A stretch of DNA of 47,054 nt, filler included, from Streblomastix strix (Eukaryota), in assembly GCA_008636045.1 (NCBI GenBank). It is 2 parts of 2 records of this genome, joined end to end, with 100 filler letters (N's around TTAATTAATTAA, not from the genome) between each part and the next. Parts side by side here need not be neighbours in the genome. Positions count along the whole stretch, not along the records: positions 1 to 23,479 come from SNRW01000281.1; 1 more part is not named here. One strand, written 5' to 3'. Each line of letters begins with the position of its first letter. The first letter of the stretch is position 1. The notes below the pieces were generated by a model, which saw only the letters and a program-made list of their open reading frames with translations, did not search any database and had not been told where the DNA came from. The position numbers were made by a program, and so were the translations under genes. Positions 1-13,539 of this stretch are shown piece after piece.

Positions 1-232
1 ATCATTTTTTTTCAAACTAATGACTTGTTTTTCTCAAAATAAAATTAAAAATCAAAAATAAACATAACGTGCGTAAATGAAAGCGAATTATCATTAAAAT
101 AATCATTTGGTATTTAAATTCGTTTTTCAATAATATTTTAAACAATTTTTTACTAAAATTATGACATATGCTTTCACTCTCACCTATTTCTCTATTCATT
201 TTAACTTTTTAGTTTTATGAATTAGAATTATA

Positions 233-1134
233 ATGGATGGAATTTTTGGAGAGCTGGAGCAAGAAGAAGACCAAATTTATGAGTAGAACCAATGTATGCA
301 TCTATTTATTTGTAGTATTTAATTCATTATTTTACACTAATATTTTTAATTATTCAGCTCCAAATGAAACAATAAATATTCCTAGCTTAAATTCTATATA
401 ATAATATCCAATGGTGTAAAGAGGAAATTGTAGGATTTATATTGGTTCAATCAACTTTGAAGTTTGTGAAGATGCTGTAAAATCTTTGTTTCTCCCATTT
501 GGACCAATAAAAAATATTACCCTTTAGATGGTATACTATAGATTATTTTTTTATTACTTATTCCTATTTAATTATAAATTTATTATTATTATTATAGGAT
601 CCTTCAGGATTAAGATCGAAAGGATTTTGTTTTATTGATTTTGTCCACCCAGAGTCTGCAGAATCTGCTATATAAGAAATGAATGGTTTTTATTTTGCTG
701 GTAGACAAATTAAAGTTAACACAACCACACCAACACCACAAACTCAAGGATCAGTTGTTGCTCAATAGAATGCATCAGGTCTTTCAATGCAAACAACACA
801 ACCATTAGGTGTTGCCAGAATGGATTGTAGAATTTATGTAGGTGCCATCAATTGGAATTTGAAAGAAGATGATTTAAAAGGCCTTTTTGAACCTTTTGGG
901 AAGATTAGAAACTGTTAATTGATCCCTAATCCTGAAACAGGCAAACATAAAGGCTATGGGTTTGTTATACTTATAATTGAGTTAATTAAAATTAATATTT
1001 ACTTTTAAATTATTAGATTCATAGATTTTGAGAAGAATGAAAGCGCGGAGGAAGCAATCAAGGCTATGAATGGATTTGAACTGATGGGCCTTAAAATCAA
1101 AGTTAACTATCCAACATTAACTGCCATAAACTGA
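233..1134 (+). CDS. PUF60: PUF60-like tandem-RRM splicing factor (3 GT-AG introns; no C-terminal UHM)
   Basis: With TAA/TAG=Q, RRM1 reads CRIYIGSINFEVCEDAVKSLFLPFGPIKNI..KGFCFIDF..AIQEMNGFYFAGRQIKVN. RRM2 reads CRIYVGAINWNLKEDDLKGLFEPFGKIRNCQLIPNPETGKHKGYGFIDF. Ends at TGA 1132-1134. Confidence 0.75.
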
Positions 1135-1503
1135 AATACCCTGACAAAATGCTATAAATAAAATATTTATTATTTAAATATTGATATTTATAATGTTATG
1201 GGATTATGGATTTACAATTCAATAATAAATAATGAATAACAGCTCAAATATAAATAGGGACTTTTGTAGACTATCAAAGCGCGTTTAACTAAAAAATGTA
1301 TATTATGCATTTATAATGAAGCTTTTACTCTTTTATATATTACTGCTATAGTTTTTTTGACTGTGAAGCTATCGTAAATTTAGACAGAAACATTAATTAC
1401 TAATTTTCAGCCATTTCATAAAAAAATTTCGTAAATACAAGATAATTTTTAATTAAATGATATTATACATATTTTTCATTATTGTTTTATTAGTTTTGCA
1501 AAG

Positions 1504-3326
1504 ATGTAGACGCGTGGTGAGAAAATAGTAGAACTAATAGACGATTCTGGCGCGTACAAAGCATACACAACAAATAATCAACTAAAAAAACCTTAACAAA
1601 CTGCTAAAATCAGAGAAGAAGGTGCCAGTGAGAAAAAGCGTGTTTATCTTCCTTCATTATTTAATTAGAATCCAGAACTGGTGTGCTATATTTTGCATTC
1701 AGACAGTTTATTATTATTTTTTTTAGATTAGCGTTCTTCGTCAAATCGAAGATCCAAATGAAAATGAAGTCATTAATCCCCGGCACCTGACATATACTGG
1801 AATTAAGATCCCATCACTGGAGGAAACAAGTGAGCCTGGTGCTGTGTGCTTTTGAATTTTCTTTATTAAATAATATTTACTATAATTCCATTTAGGTATT
1901 AAGATATAAAAAAGAGAGATTTGAATTTAACAGAATGAGACCAGCATGTGTAGAAATTGGTAAGCAGCTTATATTCATAGGTATTATAATTTTCTAATTT
2001 TTATTCAGTTGGAGAATTGGATATACCATAAGATGAAACCAAATTGACACCTTCTTAACGAAAGGCATAATTTGCTGCTGATCTTGAGACTGTTAAAGCC
2101 TAAAGATTAATAATTAATGAAAAAGGAATATTATCTAAGAAAGCTATTCTTAGAAGGAGAGGAATGGAAACTGCAGTTATGAGTGGTGAGAGAGATCCAC
2201 TTACTGCAGAAGCTGGAATGTCTCCCGCTCAAATTAAATTCAATAAGTAATCATGGGATGCTGAAAATTAGAAAAGAGATGAAAGGAAATAAAGTGAGCT
2301 AATTTTCTTTTTATTTATTATAATTAACGTCTTTTATACACATTTTATTCATTAGAACTTGCCTTTTTCCATCGCACAACTGCCCCATTAGAGCACATTC
2401 CACTTGTTCGTTAAGATACATTTGAGAAATATAAAGATTATATCAGTAGAAATACAAAAGATGATGGAGCATTAACATAAAAACCATATTGGAAGGGGAA
2501 AGGATTAGCTCCTATAGATGGACTAGCTAGAAAGGTAGTAAGTGTGTGGAGGCGACCTTCAGTTAGGATATATGTTCCTGTAGAAAGGGACTTTAATATA
2601 GTCCATAACAAGTTTACTCAACCTCATACATACCTTGGAGAGGAATTTTAGATATCAAATAAAGATGGCGATGATGCACCTTTAGTTGAAATGATTAAAT
2701 AAGAAGGAGATACAAAAGAAGTTGCTGTTGCACATGATGATATTAATAAAAGTATTGATGGAAGTGGAGAGAAGAGCAAATAACATTAAACTAAATCTAA
2801 ATAACCAACATATGAGGTTATTGATGAGAATAAAGTGAAGATGGGTGGAGCATAGTATGGTGTGAGGAAAGGAGGTTGGGGTCCTGATGGATATGAAACT
2901 CCAGGAGTTATTGAATTGAGGAAGAAGGCTTAAGATAAAAGCATATTCCACACTACTAATGAACATAAGATATATCTGGATCGTGTACCAGAGCGTTCTT
3001 TTGTTTCAACAAATCCAAATTGCAGATACCCAAGTTCACTTCCACATCCTGATCCTCCTCCTCTTCCAGTTATTTGTGATTCAAAAGAGATGACAATTCT
3101 TCCAAAAATGGAAAGAGAATTTGATTCAACAGTCAAATCACAGCCAAAGCGCCATTTCTTCAATACGAGCCCAGATGTGATGCTACATCCTCACGAGTTG
3201 AAGCACCTCCCATTCCTACTGACTGAGTCTTAATAAGCGAAGGTAGACAAGGAATTGGTTCGCACTGGCAAAAGATACTTTCCTTCTTAACCTGATTAAG
3301 TGATGAATGTAACTTATAGAATTTGA
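1504..3326 (+). CDS. Hypothetical protein, multi-exon
   Basis: ATG 1504 (MQTRGEKIVELIDDSGAY..). Short AT-rich GT..AG introns start near 1681, 1844, 1960 and 2294. The long last exon is open under code 6 to TGA 3324-3326. No recognisable family motif. Confidence 0.6.
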
Positions 3327-3912
3327 AATCACATAGCCTGTAAATTCTTTTCTATTATAATTTGTAAATACAGTTAAAATGAAATAATTTTCTTGTTTAA
3401 TGTATTTCGATTAACATTTATTTGACTTTATTAAAATAAAGAAAAAAATTTATCAAAAATATATAGAGGGAGAAAACTAAACTGCTTAAAATATGCTAAT
3501 AAAACAATATTGCACATTATTAATATATTCTTATATCAGTGAGAAAGAAAGTTAGAAATTGAAAAATTCCTAAAGAAATTGGTTCAATTAATCAATTAAA
3601 TTTAATAATAAAAAATATAATATGAGTGTGAACTATAAAGAATCAAGGAGATATTGAAAGAAAGTTAAAACAATTTATATCTACTTCATAACATTATGTA
3701 TATTGAGATATAATAATAACTATCTATCAAACCTCAAATCTTCTTAAACCACTCTCATACTATAATAACCAAATAAATAATAAAGTAGAATAGAATGATA
3801 ATAAGTATTAAGAAAGTAGTTTGACGCTTAATAAATGACATGGCAAATAATTAATATTTGGCAGAAGATGATAATAAGAATTTATTTATAAAGTATTTAT
3901 ATAATATATTCA

Positions 3913-6453
3913 TCATTTTCTTTGATTCTGTTGAAATTGCCCAGGTTGAACTGGTCTAGCCAATCCTGGTTAAACTGTAGCTTATATTCCTGTTTAACCA
4001 GGTCTTGTAACTAATCCATTCTATGCTTGTTATCCTGCAACCTACTATCCAGTAATTATAGTGCGTTGTTGAGTATTAGAACTTTATGGGGCTATTCCAG
4101 ACTATATATTTCCACCAACTGCACCAGCTTATGCTCCAATTAATCCAGTCTGTTGTTATAAGCGCTGTTATTATTACTGATGTTAAACAGCTGCTACAAG
4201 TTATTGAATATACTATTGTTAAAGTTAAAGTTGAAGTTACATTTTATATTGTTATTATTATTGAGGAGTTAATCCCGCTGGAATTTAGTGTTATGAAATT
4301 AATTGGTTAATCTAAGATTGCATTTATTATTATTATTAAGGAGTTAATTGAGAAATAAGCTGTTACATTTATTATTAATGAAGTTATTGTTATTATTAAG
4401 GAGTTAGTTGTTATGCTTATGGACTCTGGGCTCCACTATTTGTTCCAGATCTTGGAACTTAGACACCAATTTGAGCTGGTTATGATCCAGAAGGAACTGA
4501 AGGTGGATTTTGAATTTAAGTTTAATTTGCTGTTCCTGATAATTGATTCTATGACGAAGAGACTTATAATCCACCCGAAGAACCAACTTTTGGAATTGAA
4601 TTAGGCAACGCTGTCCCACTAATAGCATTTCCTGATGCATTCAAATTTGGTTTGGAACCAGACTATTATGCAGTCAATGCATTTTATGAGTTTTAATTCA
4701 ACAAATCTTTATCCTATTTATCCTTTTCTTCTTTTTCTTTATCACCTTCTTCAGTTGTCCAATCATATATGAAATCAAGTGTATATCTAATTATTATAAC
4801 AATATTAAATAAATAATATAATGAAACATTTAAAAACTTTGTTATAATAAAAATATAATAATATAATAAATAAGTACCCAGCTTTAACAAATAAAGAACG
4901 GAAGAGTCTACGGAGATAGAAATAATCTGGTTTAGTGTCAAAATTCAAATCCTATCAAAAAAAAATCAATAATAAAAAATTAAAATCCAACTTTATTAAG
5001 TATTTTAAGATCAAAAAATAATTCAACAATGTATCCAACCTTCACATATTTCATATATTGAGCAAATTCGGGAGGGCAGTCTTTACACAATGTTTCAACA
5101 GGGATACTCATCTTCATATCACAAATTGCTCTGAATTTATTTGCTCTATTTTCAATCTTTAAACCCTGTTCATAAATTAAATGATTTACAATAATAAAAA
5201 AAGAAGTTTGAATATATAGAATGAAATATATATATATATATATATAATATTTACAATTCTTAAGTAAAATATCTATTAATATAACCTGCCAAGGAAGGGT
5301 CCCTGTGAGAAAATAGATGAGAACATATCCAATTGCTTCAAGATCATCTCTTCTTGATTATTCTACTCCATGATGTGAATTCTAAATAAAGAAATAATAT
5401 GATAAAATAGTAATAATTAATAATTTAAAAGACTATCTAATTGTTCATACAATAGAAGCATATCTCACAGTTCCAGTTAATCCTTTATCTTCTCTATAAG
5501 GAATGTGTTGATGTGTTGAAGAGTCTCTATATCTCTTAGCCAAACCTTAGAATTAATAAAAGATTATATAATATATTCAACATATATTACATTATTCATA
5601 AATGTAATACATACCTAAGTCAATAAGATATACAATATTCTTCTTCTTACCTCTTCCCATAAGAAAGTTGTCTGGCTTGATATCTCGGTGGACCTTTTTG
5701 TAATTAACATAAACAATAACGAATAAAAAATTAAGATTAATTGTAATTACTAATTCATACATAATCACGCGAATGGAGGAACTCTATTCTACATATCATT
5801 TGATCTGCCAGCATTATTGTTGTTTTCAATGAGAAGTGATTGTTTGGTTTTGCACTATAATAACCAATCAAACAAATTATATAAATAATCAGTAAATTAA
5901 TCAAACGTAATTAAATCTTCCAGAGATTTGCCAAGAAGATCCATAACCATAACATTGTAGTTACCTTCTGTTCCAAACCATTTTACCTTCACATATATAA
6001 ATGAATGAAAATTAGACAATATTAAGATTAATCAGATTATGTTTGAATTAAAAAAGATTTGATACACACGTTTGGAATTCCTGGTCCTCCATTAAGATGT
6101 TTGTATAGCTTGCATTCATACATTAGTTATGGCATCTTCGCGTTTGTTGGCTGATTAATATATAATGAATATTAAATGTTAAAAATAACTGGTATTATTC
6201 AATTAATTTAAATATATCCACTTATACCTCTAGCTTCACACCATACTCTTCATCTGTACCAGGGACGATTCCTTTGTAAATATCACCTATTAATGATAAG
6301 AAATAAATGGTAAATATGAGTATAATATATAATTAAATGCAAACCAAATGATCCAGCACCTATCTTTTTATCTAGCTTGTATCTACCACCAACAATCTGT
6401 GGTACGCGTGTTGTAGTTTATGCTTATTGAGCAGGTTTTTTCTTATCAGCCAT
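3913..6453 (-). CDS. CK1: Casein kinase 1 with long Gln-rich C-terminal tail, many introns
   Basis: Motifs read: [121 protein letters not shown]. The tail ends [10 protein letters not shown] (TGA at 3913-3915). Confidence 0.95.
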
Positions 6454-7223
6454 TTTCTACAAATTATTTAATTTTAATTATAAAAAGGCAAATATATAAA
6501 ACATAAAAATAGAAAAAAAAAAGATATTTAAGAAAGTATTAATGATCGGTGAGGACTTTTTCATTCAATTTTCATAAAAAAATTAGATTCAAAAATACTT
6601 AATATTAAATAGCTATCATTTTAAAAAATTATAATGTGAAATATGTCAAATGGCGTGAAATCAGTGTGAAAATAAAAAATAATTTTTTCTCTCTACTAAG
6701 GATAAAAGACGCAATTTGAATTTAAGAAATGTTATTCTAAGTATGATATTAACGGATAAATATTAATCAAACAGCGAAATGCTCGAAATTTTTTACCTTC
6801 AACTTTTGTTTTTTGCAGAGGCTAATGGGGATTTTGGATAAATATTTTCGCTATTTGGCAGTAATTCTAACTAATCATTAAATTTTTAATGATATGTTTA
6901 TACTTACAGAGCAAATATACTAATTTTTGAAAAATTTCCTTGAAAATAATGAAGATAAAATTATTTTTGAATTAATAATTTGAGATACTTCGCGTAGAAA
7001 GGCGAGCTGACCTCTTTATTGCACATAAGCCGATGTGTCGGGCCCAGATCGTACGAAAAATGATGTGTTTCTATAAACAATTAAATAAAATTAACTTATC
7101 ACTGCTGTTTCAACATGAAACATTATGATTTTCAACTCCATTTTACATTATTTCTGTCCGACCTCCTCCTCTATCAGTGCGTAAACATCCGCTAGGAACA
7201 ACTTGCACATGTCTCAGCTCATC

Positions 7224-7524
7224 AGAAGATATTATTGGCGAACTTGGCACTATTTTCAAAATCGTAGACAAATCCAAATAATAAACGCGCCAGAATTATG
7301 CTCGCCTGAAACACCTAAAATATCATATTAGTCTCAAGAATTAACCTTATAAAACGATGTATTTTTAACATAGAATAATGCTTAAAAAGAATCGTGCAGG
7401 AATTCAGCTTATCATCATAATAGTTTCATTACCTCAAAACTGCTCGTTTAATTCTGAACGTTTATTATATACATTTGCCATACGATTTTATAATATATTG
7501 CCAATTTCGCCAATAATATCTTCT
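7224..7524. repeat. Imperfect inverted repeat (arms ~75 bp: ~7224-7298 and ~7449-7524) upstream of the viral polymerase
   Basis: Left arm: agaagatattattggcgaacttggcactattttcaaaatcgtagacaaat..ataataaacg..cagaatta. Reverse complement of right arm: agaagatattattggcgaaattggcaatatattataaaatcgtatggcaaat..ataataaacg..cagaatta. Confidence 0.85.
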
Positions 7525-7601
7525 CGCTAATGATTCACTAATTGTTTAATTATCTTAGGGTAATTTATTTATCTTATCATACTATTTTATATTTATAATA
7601 A

Positions 7602-10600
7602 ATGGCCTTAACTAAATCCTAATTTTTGTCAATATTGAAAATTTTCGAAATCTCTTCAATTGGAACTGTCAAATAGCTCAAGCTGAAGGTAAACTAATTA
7701 TTGGACTAATTCAAGTTTCCTAAGCGAGGAGACAGAACTATGTTCACTAAGGTTATATCATTTGAGATCGAAAAATAGATAGATCAATTATAAGACTATG
7801 TAATTCAAAAAGACATACTCAAAGCTTAGAAATAAAAAATTAAAGCAACTAACTTCAAATAGACTAGATAATAAATAGTTAGACTATATCACTTTACTTA
7901 ACAATGGATCGATGAAATATAAAAGAAGATAAACTTACGCAAAAATAAAACTATAAGAAAGGATTATGATAGCATTAACTGCTTTGAATGTTTATTGTTC
8001 ACTAAGCCATAAGATAATGATACTTGTAGATAAGCGATAATAAAAACTTGATAAAAATTTAATATTGAAACAATAGTTAAAGAAATTGATGATGAATCAA
8101 TTAAAAACTTCGATAATCAAATCATATCAGCTGAAGATATTAGCAATACAGTTAATGCAGTATATAACGAAAACAATAGAAGTGCATTTAAGATACAATT
8201 TTTATTCGGTACGATTAGTGACGAATTAAAATATGGTAATATTATCTATGATCAATAACCACTATTAGAAAAAAAATATATAATAATATGAACCAGCAAT
8301 GATTATTAATGAAGAATCAATAGTTTATTATATATAATTCGTTAATAGTTGTATAGTTGAGATGTAATACTTTCAAATAACCGAATCAACTAAATATTGA
8401 TGTATCGGTATATGTTCATTGATAGTAAAGGATAGTTTATCTCCATTAGCAGGACTTTGTACATAGGAGTTAATTGATTAACATTATACTTCTCATGGGT
8501 AATAACTATTCAATCAATAGTCCGATTTGAATAATTGCTTCTGGTTATCATACTCTATATTCATATTAAAAGGAAAAGTATCACCTGATCAAATTAAATG
8601 TGAATCTAAAAAATAACTATGAGAATTCTATGATCTAACGAAGAAATAATACGATACATTCATTAACGATTATAAAGGATTTGATGTAGTTGATGAGTTA
8701 AAATAATTCGTTTTTAAGAAGAAGATTAATATTAATATATTCTATTACGATAATGACAAAAAATTCTAATACTTAGGATAGAAATTAATTTACAAGAAAC
8801 TCAGGAACATTCAATTTGATGATAACAATGAAACATAAGAAGAAGAATAAACAGATGAAATAGTGCCGTCATTTGACATTTTACTAGTCTCATCCCAAAA
8901 CGACAATTAAGATTTTTATCATATATTCTATATAACTAATACAGATGGATTATCTAGATAAAAATATTGTTCTCAATGTTATAAATAATCATACGATCCA
9001 AAGGATGATCATTTCTAAAGAGACTACGAAAAACATGCTAGTTAATGTAAGATTATCAATAGTAAAATATTTAAGAAAGTCAAACTAGATGAATTACCAT
9101 TTCCATACTGTCCACATATATAGCGAAATGAAACTTATGCTTATCTATTAGCTAACAATGCAACACAATAGTTTAAACCTACATAATATTACATTACATA
9201 TGATTTTGAAACAGTAGAGCGTAAAGTTAATACTTATTTTGGTAAATCAATCAATAAGGAAGATAAATCAATTCGTAATAGCTAATGGATCTCAGTATCA
9301 GAACCTCTATCCGTAGCTTCAACTACTAAATTTTAATGAAAACGTTAATATAAAGATGAAAACCAATGTATAAAATTTGATACACCATATGGACCAACAG
9401 CGTTGAAGACTATCCATTTTTGACTTACATAATGGAGCTGATTTTAATTATTAACGATTAGAGTAGATATTCAATGAAGTTGAACAAGTATCATATGATA
9501 ATAAGTATTATGATGAAGCAAGCATTTCTTATGCCACACTAAAAAATATTTCATATAACTAAAACGTATCAATTATCAGTTTCAAATATAGCAGATTTGA
9601 TTAAGTTCTATTCTCTAAATATCTTCATTATGATAATTGGATTATATTAGATTATATTGGTAGTTTTGGATAATAAAACAGATAATAATTAAAAATAAAC
9701 AGACTATAAAATGAATTAATTTCATCAATGCAATGAACTACACTTAACCTACTAATTTAGCCAATTTCGCTAAAGATTTCGGTAATAATGATAACTAATC
9801 TAAAGTTCTATTTCCATGTGAAGGTATTATTTATGATAACTATAATTTAGAGCTAATCAAATCATAACCCTTCCCAATTAAAGCATTCGATTCAATGTTG
9901 AAAAATAAGACTATGTCAGATGATGATTACTTACTATATCAAGATAATGATAAGAATTATGAAATAAGATGGGACTATCTTCAACACTATAATGAATTAG
10001 ACATATAGATAATGATATAATCGTTAGACAATCTCATTAATTGGTTTTATTAATACAACGTTGATATGCTTAGTTTCATGAGCCTTGCCGCTATTGCAAA
10101 TGCGATTAGAAATGAAATTGCTTACAAAGATTTCGATCTTAAAACTAATTACCCTTAACATCAGATCAAGTCCAATCCATTCATTCTATCGAAAAGCTAT
10201 TGGAATTGTAAAGTAATTGGATGTAACACTTAAGATCAAATAAAACATAGAAAGACAAACAATAACGTTAACATTAACGATTTCGATTATTGTAAGGATC
10301 TATTTGACCGTTCTACCTGTATGATTTGTGGCGATAAATTTATATTGAATAATAAGCCTACATTGGATCGTATTGATAATAACCTTCCACATACAAAATC
10401 AAACTATTAGCTCAGATGCTTATATTGTAATCGATATAAATCGGATAAGGATGAAAAGATAAGTAAACAATTTATTCAACTACGTTGATTTTGTAATATT
10501 ACCCATCTTCCATAAACAATTGTAAATGATGAAATATATTAAATCTTGAAACGAAAAATAATAGATGGACTATCAAATGTAATATACCGATATAATAGAG

Positions 10601-12135
10601 CTAATATGGATACAATTAAACGTTACTATTATAATGAGTAGAATCTGACTATAACTGTAATCAATTCTAATCATACAATATCTCGTGCATGTTGTGCTGA
10701 TTTTAACTCATTATACCCCTCTTGTTTCTCATCTTAATGGCATCCCTTTAACAAACATACTAATAGCATAATGTATATGTGTGGATCTGTAACAGGAATA
10801 GTTAAAGATTATGAATTAGCTAGAAAAATAACACACTCAAATGATCGATTCAATGATAAGGGATAACTATTCATTGCTTAACTTAAAGGACACATTAATG
10901 AAAAATACATTAACGATTATATTAACTTTCCACCTATTATTCGTAACTTATCGTACACATCAAATAAGAACGTCATCAGTGAATATATATTTGACTAGAT
11001 ATGAAATGCAGGTGTTAGAACTGACAAATAAGAAAGGAAATTAATTAATCTATTATTTACTCATAATTAAATATATGACTTTTAGTTCTTATTACTTATC
11101 GTTCTTAATTGATGATTGTCATTTTATAATCGATGATATTAAACAATAAGTTATTTTAAATAATCATATTAAATTTAATAGTTTCGTTAATGAATTCATG
11201 AATAAATGTATTGAAGCAATTAAATAAAAGAATGGTGGTTTAGATAAATTTTGTAAGATGATTTTAAACGCTTTTTATAGATCTGATGGTATAAATACAG
11301 TGAAATATAATAAGATAAAACTACTTACTAAAGATAAGACTAAAGAAGCCTGTATTAAATAAACATAGATGAATGATTGTAAATTGGTAGATAAACTTTA
11401 TGCTGTTAAATTTAACCTTAAGGATTGTGAATGCAATACATGTTTATAAGTAGCTTAGTTTACATTAGATAATGCTAAATATTTGGACTTAAATTTCATA
11501 TATAATTTCATGTATAAATGCTTAAATAGGAATAAATTACATTTCATAGATGGAGATACTGATTCAGCATATTGGGCAATTAGTGGAAAATAATTACCTA
11601 AGATTTATTAAGATGAATTATAGATTAATTAATAAGAAAATGATGATAACTTACATTAAGGTTTTAAATCTGTTATCAAAGACTAGCAGTTCAATGATAA
11701 TAACGCAAAATATTTCTTTCAAACTATCGTAGGTGATAAATCAGATGAAAAGAAATTACTAAGTTTGTCTATCGAAAATGAAAGTGATGAGATGTTTTCA
11801 TTAGCCCCTAAGAATTACTATATTCATACATTTAAAAAATAGAAATTAATCAAAGTAATTAAATTTAAAGAAATTAATCTTAAATAGAACAATATAAACA
11901 AATAAGACGTCATTGATAATATCGGTAGAGAAAAAAAAACACAAGGAACTAATTTGAAACTAGGTTAATAAGCCGACTAATAAGACTAACTTTCAAAGAC
12001 TTATTGTATGAGTAAGTTATTATCAACTAAGAATGCGTTAACAGGAATATAATCTAAGATGGTAGTAATGAAAAATAGTTAAAGTTGTTTACCGTTAATC
12101 TAAGGATTAACAATTGATAGTTATATAGATTTTTA
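7602..12135 (+). pseudogene. Protein-primed family B DNA polymerase polyprotein (pPolB), disrupted
   Basis: ExoI YDFET (9199-9213), ExoIII YNELD, motif A DFNSLYP (10699-10719), motif B KMILNAFYR (11255-11281), motif C GDTDS (11552-11566), then LAPKNYY. In-frame TGAs at 8620, 9337 and 10486; frameshifts near 9420, 9715 and 11070. The 3' end is approximate. Confidence 0.92.
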
Positions 12136-12141
12136 ATAATT

Positions 12142-13341
12142 TCATTTCTTTTTCGATTATTTTTTTAGCATTTATTCCAACAGCTTTGCTATTACCTTTC
12201 TTTCTTTTGAGTTATTTCTATGGTTCTATTGTAGACATCAGTTCTTTTTCGCTAATGTAATTTTGCTTATGTTTGACTTAATTTACTTTCTCAGCTTTAG
12301 TTAATACATTATTCAATTATAAATACGAAGATGTTTTATCGTTAACTCACATACTTATTTTCTTTAAAGGAAATTAACTTGAATTAAGAAAAGTCAATCC
12401 CAAATCCATTGATCCAAGCTTATAATTCATTGCTTAATTCTGATTGATCATTACATATGTTAATCAGCTTTCGTTTTCCTTTTATTTTTCATCTTCTTAT
12501 ACTAGTTATTTTTATTAATCTTACGGTCAATTTGAAGATTAAGGCATTGGATTTAATACTTCATCACCTAATTATTCCTATTATTCGGAAGTTATAAGCT
12601 CTTTATCTTTTTAGTACTCTCATTCTATCTCTTTTTCGTTTTCTTCTTCTATATTTATTTATCTTTATTATTTTCATTAGTAGGTAATTCTTTGTTTCCT
12701 AACTCCTATGATTATTAATAAGTAAACGCATTGAAGATATGATATGGTCGTATATCTGAATAATTGTATATTCCTGAAGTTAGATAAGCATTAACATTAG
12801 ATATATCAACTAACGAAGGATCATTTATTCCAACTGAATTATCAATCTTATTTTTTACTCTTGCATTTACATCAGCCTAAATATAAGACAGATTCTAAGC
12901 TAATGATTACATTGTAAATTAATCTAATGATTTATATGAACCAGTTTCTATTCTATATTTATAGAGTATTTCATCTTGTTTTTTCTCGTAAAATGATGTT
13001 GTATCCGCTAATTCCTTTTATTAATTTTACACTAACGATAGTTACTATTTGCATTTTTAATCAATAAAGCTATTGATCATTTACAATTATTAAGTACCTA
13101 CATACTTATCCTTAATTAATTATTTTATATCTGTACTTTCATAGCATCATTAATTTATCCACTTATATCAGTTAGATCTAATTTTTAGCTATTTCCTATA
13201 ATATTAGTTTAGATACATTTAATAGACCGATTTTAAATAATGAAAAATGTAAATATATGAATATATGGAATATAGTTAATTTTTATCATCATTACTATGT
13301 TTAGCTACTAACTCAGACCCAATAATAGAATTAGGATTCAT
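12142..13341 (-). pseudogene. Degenerate hypothetical viral ORF(s)
   Basis: ATG 13341 (MNPNSIIGSELVAK..) is followed by long code-6 open stretches broken by frameshifts. No motif recognised. Confidence 0.35.
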
Positions 13342-13539
13342 TCTACGATAATATAATAAACGATTGAAGATGGAAAAATTAAAAACGATTATTGAATAAG
13401 CCTAAATAAATAGTTAAGAAGCGCTATTATTGTTGATGAGTATGTTAGATGACAAAAGATTAAGAAAAATAAATTGATCATTTACTATATTTTATATCAT
13501 TATCGTTTTAATCTTATTTTTGCTTTTGTTTATATTTAT

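Noticed and set aside
3622..3900. Possible + strand gene between the hypothetical gene and CK1
   Set aside because: All frames hit TGA quickly even under code 6; it is likely a convergent 3' intergenic region.
6640..7223. Left TIR/TSD of the viral element
   Set aside because: The partner end is lost in the gap, so no terminus or duplication can be demonstrated.
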